Shown one piece after another: positions 57,269 to 64,000 of a stretch of 64,000 nt of DNA. The position numbers were made by a program, and so were the translations under genes. Origin of the DNA: Methylococcales bacterium (GTDB lineage: Bacteria; Pseudomonadota; Gammaproteobacteria; Methylococcales; UBA1147); contig JBGTCG010000076.1 of the NCBI GenBank assembly GCA_041748915.1, positions 205 to 64,204 of the forward strand, read 5' to 3'. Within the stretch, counting starts at the first letter, position 1. Each line of letters opens with the position of its first letter. The notes below the pieces were generated by a model. That model saw only the letters and a program-made list of their open reading frames with translations. It was not told the DNA's origin and made no database searches.

Positions 57269-58447
57269 TCAGGATAAATATCTTTTTTCGAGAATCTCGA
57301 CCGCGGGCAGCGTCTTGCCTTCCAGATACTCGAGAAATGCCCCGCCGCCGGTAGAAGCGTAGGAAATCCGGTCGCCGACTCCGTATCGATCGATCGCGGC
57401 GAGCGTATCGCCGCCGCCCGCAATCGAAAATGCCCGGCTTCCAGCGATCGCTGTCGCCAACGCCCTGGTGCCTTCGCCAAATTGATCGAACTCGAAAACG
57501 CCGACCGGCCCGTTCCAGACGATTGTTCCCGCGGAACGGATCATGGCTGCATAAACTGCTACCGTTTTGGGCCCGATATCGAGAATCAAATCGTCATCAC
57601 CGACATCCGCAACCGGTTTGATCACGGCAGCCGCAGCGGCCGAAATTTTCTTTGCGCATACGACGTCTTCGGGAATCGGTATTTCCGCGCCGCGAGACTT
57701 CGCAGTCTCGATCAAACGCTTTGCCGCCGGAATCAGATCCTTTTCGATCAGCGATTGTCCGACCGGAAATCCCGCGGCAGCGATGAACGCATTCGCAATT
57801 CCGCCTCCGGTGATCAATTGGTCGACCTTGGCCGAAAGTGACTCCAGTATCGTGAGTTTGGTCGAGACTTTTGAACCGCCGACGATAGCCAAAAGCGGTT
57901 TGACCGGATTGGTCAGAGCGTTTCCGAGCGCATCGAGTTCCTTCGCCAGCAAGGGCCCTGCGCAGGCAATCGGTGCGAATTTGGCAATCCCGTGCGTGGA
58001 AGCCTCGGCGCGATGGGCGGCGCCGAAGGCATCCATGACGTAGATATCGCACAGAGCGGCCATTTTCTTAGCGAGTCCGGCATCATTTCTCTTTTCGCCT
58101 TTGTTGAAGCGGACATTCTCACACAGGACGACCTCGCCGGGTTCGATCTGGATTCCGTGCAGCCAGTCCGTTTCGAAACGAACCGGTGTCCCGAGTAGCT
58201 CACCAAGTCTTGCGGCAACCGGTCGCAGTGAGAACTGCGCGTCATAAACGCCTTCGCTCGGACGTCCGAGGTGGGAGAGCAGCATCACTTTGGCGCCGGA
58301 CTTCTGGGCGAGGCGAATGGTCGGCAAGCTGGCCCGGATCCGGGTATCGCTGGTTACCGCCTGGTTTTGCACGGGCACATTGAGATCTTCGCGGATCAGT
58401 ACGCGCTTCCCGTCGAGATCGAGGTCTTGCAGGTGTTTAATCGGCAT
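57269..58447 (-). CDS. pgk: Phosphoglycerate kinase
   Basis: 392 aa. [15 protein letters not shown] and [10 protein letters not shown] motifs. Confidence 0.97.
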   Translation of the reverse strand: MPIKHLQDLDLDGKRVLIREDLNVPVQNQAVTSDTRIRASLPTIRLAQKSGAKVMLLSHLGRPSEGVYDAQFSLRPVAARLGELLGTPVRFETDWLHGIQIEPGEVVLCENVRFNKGEKRNDAGLAKKMAALCDIYVMDAFGAAHRAEASTHGIAKFAPIACAGPLLAKELDALGNALTNPVKPLLAIVGGSKVSTKLTILESLSAKVDQLITGGGIANAFIAAAGFPVGQSLIEKDLIPAAKRLIETAKSRGAEIPIPEDVVCAKKISAAAAAVIKPVADVGDDDLILDIGPKTVAVYAAMIRSAGTIVWNGPVGVFEFDQFGEGTRALATAIAGSRAFSIAGGGDTLAAIDRYGVGDRISYASTGGGAFLEYLEGKTLPAVEILEKRYLS

Positions 58448-58474
58448 GAATTACTCCCCTAATCGTAATTGGAT

Positions 58475-58527
58475 CAGGGTGCGCCGTGCGTACTATTCAG
58501 GCCACAGGGTGCGCACGGCGCACCCTG
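58475..58527. repeat. Three-arm GC-rich inverted-repeat cluster between the thioredoxin-like gene and pgk
   Basis: Palindrome cagggtgcgc-acg-gcgcaccctg (58505-58527), plus an extra arm cagggtgcgccgtgcg (58475-58490) that is the exact complement of 58512-58527. Confidence 0.85.
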
Positions 58528-58535
58528 CATGGGGG

Positions 58536-59093
58536 TCAATCGGCTTTCCATTTGATCGAACAACCCATGCTCGGGACCTGTTCTCCGGGCCCTTTCCCGG
58601 TACGAGCGACCAGGTTCATTGCCTCGAACAGATCACGTCGCGCGCCGTCAGGCGCCGGACTCATGCCGCTGGCATCCAATCGACCCCGGTATTGAAGCTC
58701 CAGATCCTTGTTAAATCCAAAAAAATCCGGCGTGCAGACTGCGCCGTAGGCTTTCGCGGTTTCCTGCGATTCATCGATCAGATAAGGAAACGGGAAACCG
58801 AATTCGGCGGCGATCCGGCGCATGTTTTCCAGGGAATCCTCGGGGTACATGTCCGTATCATTCGCCATGATGCCGACCGACCCGATGCCATATTCCTTCA
58901 GTTCGCGCGTATCCCGGACCAGGCGTTCGCGAATTGCCTTCACATAGGGGCAGTGATTGCAGATAAACAGGATCAGCAATCCATTTTCACCCCGACAGGA
59001 ATCCAGGGATCGGACGATTCCGTCCGTGTCGGGAAGTGAAAAATCGATGGCTTTGCGGCCGAATTCGCAGACTGGGGTTTCCGTTCGTGCCAT
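58536..59093 (-). CDS. Thioredoxin-fold (AhpC/TSA-like) family protein
   Basis: 185 aa. FICNHCPYV redox motif context typical of this thioredoxin-family group. Confidence 0.8.
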   Translation of the reverse strand: MARTETPVCEFGRKAIDFSLPDTDGIVRSLDSCRGENGLLILFICNHCPYVKAIRERLVRDTRELKEYGIGSVGIMANDTDMYPEDSLENMRRIAAEFGFPFPYLIDESQETAKAYGAVCTPDFFGFNKDLELQYRGRLDASGMSPAPDGARRDLFEAMNLVARTGKGPGEQVPSMGCSIKWKAD

Positions 59094-59312
59094 GTGAGCA
59101 CCTTGCTTGAGTTTAATTTTTTGCGCGAGCGACTATAGTTTGATCTATCGAAAAAAGGTTTGATTGGCTCGAATTTTTACTTTTCAAAGAACAAAATTTC
59201 ATCCTGGCTTCAAACCAGGGCCGGCAAAATTGGGGAAACAACCAAAAAAAAATGAATCAATGATGCGCGTAGATGATACCAGAGAATCCGCGAACCGTCT
59301 CCGGATCGGCGG

Positions 59313-61127
59313 TTGATTGCGAGAGGCTTGAAACGCCAAGACGCCGTGCTCGACTATTTAAAGATTAAAGCCCTGACCGTTTGCATTCTGCTTCTTGGAG
59401 GAGTCGCTGACGGACCTATGGCGTCCGGCAATACCGATCCAGAATCGCTTAGCGACGTCCGGATATTGATTGATGTTTCGGGCAGCATGCAATTGAATGA
59501 TCCGGGCAATCTCCGGATTCCCGCGCTCAGGTTGCTGGTCAATTTGTTACCTCCGGGTTCCCGTGCCGGTGTCTGGTTGTTTGCGGCTGAATCGACTCCG
59601 TTGGCGCCTGTCGGCAACGTGGACGATGAATGGACCGCCAGGGCGTTGGAATCAGCTTCCGGTATTCATTCACATGGATTGCTTACGAATATAGAAGACG
59701 TACTGAAAGTGGCCGCGGAAGGTTGGAACGCCACACCGGAAAACGGCCGGAAAAACATCCTTCTTCTGACCGACGGCGTCGTCGATATATCGAAAGATCC
59801 AGAAGCCAATAAGTCCTCCCGGACTGCAATTCTCACGCGGGTCATTCCCGAATTGCAGCGTCTTTCCGTCCGGGTACACACAATTGCCTTGTCGGAAAAC
59901 GCCGATCACGACCTGCTGAAAAAACTGTCTTTCGATACCGGCGGCGGATATCAATCCGTGCGGTCGGCCCAGCAGTTGGAACGGGCTTTTCTGGCCCTGT
60001 TCAAAAAGGCGGTTCCGACCGACAGTGTTCCTTTGGCCGGAGATAAATTCTCGATCGATTCCGGTATCGATGAGTTCTCCGTGCTGGTCTTTCGAGAACC
60101 CGGAGCACAGCCGACTCGGGTGATCAATCCGAAAAGGACGGAAATCGCTGAGGACGATCATGGCGAAAACATCCGCTGGCGCCATGAAGCAGGCCACGAT
60201 CTAATCACGATAAAACAGCCGGAAACCGGCGAATGGCGTTTACTGGCGAACCTCGACCCCGACAATCAAGTCATGATCGTCACCGATCTCAAACTGCAAT
60301 TGAACGAATTGCCGAACTATATAAGCGAACACGAAGCCGTTGAATTTCTGGCCAGGATCACCGAGAAGGGTGAAACCATTGTCAATCCCGATTTTTTAAG
60401 TCTGATCGAGGTTCGTCTGGAGCAAACCGACGGCCTTGGGCGCAAAACGGATTGGATCTTCAAAAAAGATCCGGCCGATATCGGTTCGTTTAGGCAATCC
60501 GTCGAAGAAACACTGACGGCCGGCGAGCATACGTTCAGGATCGTTGTGAACGGCCGGACCTTTCAACGTGAAACGGAACATCGGATCCCGGTGGTTGAAA
60601 AATTCATGGACGTCGAAATCTCAAGGACCAGTGACCCGGAAATCAATTCGATCCGGATCCGGCTGATTCCGGACCCGGCTATTATCGAATTGGATTCCCT
60701 AACCGCCGACGCCGCGGTCATTCATCCTTCGGGTGAAGCAGAAAGAATTGCTCTAGCGCAGGGTAACGGCGCGCGCGAAATGGTAATCGGCATTCCGTCG
60801 GCCGGTGAACGCATCCTCATCAATTTCACGGTGAGCGCAAAAACGCGACGCGGAGACACTGTGCATCCCCCGATTAGGCCCATTGTCGTCGATCAGCACC
60901 TGCTCGATGCCTTGGACAAAGGGGACGAAGGCGCGGCCAAGCGCGAGCCGGACAAAGATCACCCGGAGACGAAGCCGGTAATCCAGCAACCGGATTGGAT
61001 GATGACCGGTATTATCGCCGGCACGGTCAATTTAGTTTTTCTGATCGCCGGGTTCTTTATATACCGGTTCGTACAAAAGCGATCGGCGAAGCAACAAACA
61101 CGGCTTATCGACAGGTTGGCGGCATGA
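59313..61127 (+). CDS. von Willebrand factor A domain protein, secreted with C-terminal membrane anchor
   Basis: LIDVSGSM (DxSxS MIDAS) ..LLLTDG.., a long beta-rich middle, and a C-terminal TM (MMTGIIAGTVNLVFLIAGFFIY). Start uncertain: TTG 59313 versus GTG 59346. Confidence 0.8.
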   Translation: MIARGLKRQDAVLDYLKIKALTVCILLLGGVADGPMASGNTDPESLSDVRILIDVSGSMQLNDPGNLRIPALRLLVNLLPPGSRAGVWLFAAESTPLAPVGNVDDEWTARALESASGIHSHGLLTNIEDVLKVAAEGWNATPENGRKNILLLTDGVVDISKDPEANKSSRTAILTRVIPELQRLSVRVHTIALSENADHDLLKKLSFDTGGGYQSVRSAQQLERAFLALFKKAVPTDSVPLAGDKFSIDSGIDEFSVLVFREPGAQPTRVINPKRTEIAEDDHGENIRWRHEAGHDLITIKQPETGEWRLLANLDPDNQVMIVTDLKLQLNELPNYISEHEAVEFLARITEKGETIVNPDFLSLIEVRLEQTDGLGRKTDWIFKKDPADIGSFRQSVEETLTAGEHTFRIVVNGRTFQRETEHRIPVVEKFMDVEISRTSDPEINSIRIRLIPDPAIIELDSLTADAAVIHPSGEAERIALAQGNGAREMVIGIPSAGERILINFTVSAKTRRGDTVHPPIRPIVVDQHLLDALDKGDEGAAKREPDKDHPETKPVIQQPDWMMTGIIAGTVNLVFLIAGFFIYRFVQKRSAKQQTRLIDRLAA

Positions 61128-61762
61128 TTGAAGTAAGTTCGTTGGCAGCAGTATTCATGGTGGAAGGACTGACCGGAGCGGTGCTATTCATCGCCGGGAT
61201 TACCGGATTTATCCTGCGCCGGCGCGCCATGGAACGGAATGCCGCCAGCCGGTTTATCAGACTGATCAAGAAAAGTGAGGCCGGGCGATCGGAACGGCTC
61301 GCAATAGCGATCTCCGAATCGTGCGTGTTGGATCAAGTCCAGCTCGACGCAGTGCTTTTCGAAATCAACTCCTGTGAAAAATCGCTTTATCAAAAAATCA
61401 TACAAATGTTTCTGAACCGGGATGTGGTCCTGTTGAACGGTATCGATCAGGGTATTCAAGCCCTGACAACGCCCTTTTGCAGACTACTGTCGGAGGTCTC
61501 CGGAAACAACAGGGACGAGCCCAAACTCGCCGCGGCCATAGAATCTGCGCGGGCCGAAATCGAGCGGCTGAAAAAAGACCGCGAGCGTATTTCGAAACAG
61601 CTTGCGATGGCCATGGAATCCATGGATGAAATTTCCGCAGAGTACACCAAATTATTTGGCTCATCGAAGGAGGCGGAAGAGCTGGATATGAGCCGGAAAC
61701 GCATGTTGAATACCTTTATCCGCGCTGAGCAGCGGATCAATAAAGCCTTCAGCGAAGATTGA
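61124..61762 (+). CDS. Hypothetical N-terminally membrane-anchored coiled-coil protein (212 aa)
   Basis: ATGA overlap with the VWA gene stop. TM (GAVLFIAGITGFIL) followed by RRRAMERN.. and a helical region. No family recognised. Confidence 0.65.
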   Translation: MIEVSSLAAVFMVEGLTGAVLFIAGITGFILRRRAMERNAASRFIRLIKKSEAGRSERLAIAISESCVLDQVQLDAVLFEINSCEKSLYQKIIQMFLNRDVVLLNGIDQGIQALTTPFCRLLSEVSGNNRDEPKLAAAIESARAEIERLKKDRERISKQLAMAMESMDEISAEYTKLFGSSKEAEELDMSRKRMLNTFIRAEQRINKAFSED

Positions 61763-61879
61763 CTTTACCGGTCCGCAAATGCAAAGGGTTACGCGTCGCT
61801 TGTATCCGGCCGGTTTTTCCCCGACCGATGCTTGCCGCCTGAATCGATTCTCTGACCGGCCGATGGGCAAAATCTGTCA

Positions 61880-62500
61880 ATGAACTTCACTTTTTGGTTG
61901 TTACTGGGCGAATTGTTGTTCGTATTACTGATAGTCCTCATTTTTCTTGCAATCGCCAACTGGCGTAAAAGAAGGTGGCTAATCGCCGAACTGGCCGACT
62001 TATCGGCACGGGTGAATCGCACGGAGCCTGAGCGACAGTCAAGGCTTCAACAGCGTCTGCTGGAATTACTCGGGCTTGAAGAACACGAAGCGGAAAGCCT
62101 GAGTCGCGAACTCGTCCGGGCGGAAAGAACGCTATTCAGGACCTTTACTGAAATTCAATTCGGCGCCGACGCCGGCAAGATCGGCGCCTTCGATCAAAGC
62201 GTGTATACGTTATTGGAAAGCTATTGGATAGTAGCCGCGATTGAACCGACCCGGAAAAGGTCGGCATCGATAAAAATGGCCGGCCCGGGAGCAGGACCGG
62301 AATTCGGCGAGGAATTCGCGGTGGAAGTGGACGGTATTGCCGATTCATCCGAATTCCTGTCCGCCAAATTGGCCTACGCTCAGGAACCAACCGAGTCCGG
62401 AGATTATATCGAAACCGGCGACGCAGGCGATGATCTTTCCGAACCGACTTGGGATGACGCGTTCGACGAAGCGGTCGAGCAACAAAAGCAGATTAGTTAA
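61880..62500 (+). CDS. Hypothetical N-terminally membrane-anchored protein with acidic C-terminus (206 aa)
   Basis: TM (FWLLLGELLFVLLIVLIFLAI) followed by NWRKRRW.. and an Asp/Glu-rich tail. Same architecture as the preceding gene. Confidence 0.6.
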   Translation: MNFTFWLLLGELLFVLLIVLIFLAIANWRKRRWLIAELADLSARVNRTEPERQSRLQQRLLELLGLEEHEAESLSRELVRAERTLFRTFTEIQFGADAGKIGAFDQSVYTLLESYWIVAAIEPTRKRSASIKMAGPGAGPEFGEEFAVEVDGIADSSEFLSAKLAYAQEPTESGDYIETGDAGDDLSEPTWDDAFDEAVEQQKQIS

Positions 62501-62520
62501 AAAATGTTGGGCGGAACACG

Positions 62521-63840
62521 TTAGCTCAGAAATTGGCTTTCAGCTTTCTCGAGGTCCTCGGGCGAACCGAATAAAACCACGACATCGCCCGATTCCAGTA
62601 TCGTTTCCAGAGAGGGCGACAAGGTCCTGAACCCTTTCCGGACCAGCGCCGTTACAACCACCTTGTCGAATTCCAACGCGCCGAGCGGGTTGCCGATTGC
62701 CCGACAACCGTTCGTCAGAATCACCGGACGGAGTCTATCCAGGCTCGACTCATGCTTCTCATTGTCATATTCATCGCCACTGCGGAAAAATTCTCGCAGC
62801 AAGCGATAGCGGTTAGTTCTTTGATCCCGTATGCTTCTCACCACGCGAATGATCGGGACCTCGAGCAGGATGAGGGCATGAGACGCAATCATGATGGCGA
62901 CTTCGAGCGATTCCGGTACGACCTCGGTCGCTCCGGCCTTGCGCAACTCCTCCACAGTACTTTCGTCTCGCGCACGCACCATGACCGGGAGGTCCGGACT
63001 CAGATAGCGGATGTGGTGCAGAGAGTTAAGCGCCGAAGTCAGGTCATCATGACTGATCACCACCAACCGCGCGGTTTTAATGCCGACCGTCTCCAGAACA
63101 TCCTGGTCGCTGGAGTCCGCATAATGAACGGGCTGTGCGGCGATGCGTGCTTCGCGGACCCTGGCCGTATCGAGATCGAGCGCGATGTACGGAATTTTTT
63201 CGATTTCGAGGAATCGGCCCATACTCTGGACTATGCGGCCGAAACCACAGATCATGACATGATCGATCAGAGGATCTCGGCCCTGCTCCGCCGCTCTCGG
63301 ATTGCTCTGCGGGAAGCTGGCTGAAGCCGAGAGGAAGTCGGTCAGAAATTCTTGGTAACGGATTAGAAACGGTGCTCCGATCATTGAAACCAGAACGGCC
63401 ATCAGTACGATCTGGGAGACGTCCGGAGCGATTACGCCGGCTTTTAACGCGATCGCAAGCAGAGCAAAGCCAAACTCCCCGCCGACGGCGAGCAGCAGAC
63501 CGACGCGTACCGAGGTTCGTTTTTCAATATTCGCGAGGCGGAGGATGGCGGCGACCAGAATAATCTTGACCGCGAGAAGGGCAATGCCCGAAGTCAGAGC
63601 CGGCAACCAGATCTCCGGAATCAAGGATGGATCGAACAACATTCCGATACTGACGAAGAACAGCCCCAGCAACACATCTCGAAACGGTCTGATCGTTGCC
63701 TCGACCTGATGCCGGAATTCCGTTTCGCCGAGCATCATCCCGATCAGGAATGCGCCGACCGCCATGGAGAGTCCAAGGCTCTTGGTGGCCCAGGCGGCCA
63801 ATAGAGAGACGAACGGCACCGTTAGCCCGACTTCAGCGAT
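62521..63840 (-). pseudogene. CPA2 (Kef-type) monovalent cation:proton antiporter with TrkA-N/TrkA-C domains, 5'-truncated
   Basis: The ORF begins inside the transporter domain (..LGLSMAVGAFLIGMMLGETEFRHQVEATIRPFRDVLLGLFFVSIGM, equivalent to about residue 200+ of KefB/C). Then ICGFGRIVQ (Rossmann) and a TrkA-C region. In-frame stop at 63843-63841. No upstream TM-coding frame in 63841-64000. Confidence 0.65.
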
Positions 63841-64000
63841 TCAGTCTAAGATTCCCCGGATTTTTACTGAGGGCGTAGCGCAGGTAATTGATCACTAAAG
63901 GCAGGATTTCCGAAAATTGCGCAAAAGCGCCTGTAGTGCCTACCTACCCCATTGACTTATTGGAATAATTTGCAAGACTACCGGCATGTTTTTGCGTGCC
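63841..64000. other. Unrelated sequence abutting the kef truncation point (possible end of an inserted element continuing beyond the window)
   Basis: Abrupt loss of kef coding potential. The + strand shows TTGACT..ATG (63985) opening a new ORF at the window edge. No transposase or terminal repeat could be recognised. Confidence 0.25.

Noticed and set aside
1-64000. Search for CRISPR arrays, tRNA/rRNA genes, integrases or transposases, and phage or defence-island gene sets.
   Set aside because: No regularly spaced direct repeats, no cloverleaf-like or rRNA-like segments and no recombinase-like ORFs were seen. The only mobile-type signatures are the ParDE cassette, the repeat families and the breakpoint at 63841.

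Overview
Densely coding 64-kb chromosomal segment. Gene content and order look gammaproteobacterial: ribF-ileS-lspA, a PilS/PilR-like pair, pcnB-folK-panBCD, pgi. Taxonomy cannot be fixed without a database search. The window is rich in C1/autotrophy-type central metabolism. It carries a serine-cycle module (malyl-CoA lyase + malate thiokinase mtkAB) and Calvin-cycle/glycolytic genes in separated blocks (gap-pyk; tkt-cbbY(pseudo)-prk-fba; pgk). Also present are a homogentisate-pathway operon (hppD-hmgA-fah-maiA) with a large acyl-CoA dehydrogenase, and two lipid-remodelling loci. The first locus is a carrier-domain/adenylase/acyltransferase fusion with a divergent hydrolase. The second comprises a desaturase, FkbM methyltransferase, MprF-like protein, inositol-3-P synthase, CE4 deacetylase and FadD. 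There is also an orphan RsbV/RsbW-type pair, a VWA-protein triad and several membrane/coiled-coil hypotheticals. I found no rRNA, tRNA, CRISPR array or intact transposase. Five things are not explained by ordinary annotation. (i) A ~115-155 bp multi-hairpin intergenic repeat occurs in 5 copies, three of them starting 19-52 nt 3' of a stop codon, with compensatory and G-T changes in its stems. (ii) A different ~80-nt three-hairpin element occurs twice, each ~35 nt upstream of a membrane-protein start codon. (iii) A ParD/truncated-ParE cassette sits between two diverged copies of the tlpA-3'/ribF-5' junction. (iv) Decayed genes are unusually dense: xthA, tlpA, parE, a [NiFe]-hydrogenase large-subunit relic, cbbY and a 5'-truncated kef. 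(v) pcnB apparently initiates at AUU. No single new multi-gene system can be proven from sequence alone. The best candidates are the two structured element families, the MprF-Ino1-CE4-FadD locus, the VWA triad and a 30-aa-repeat membrane protein.
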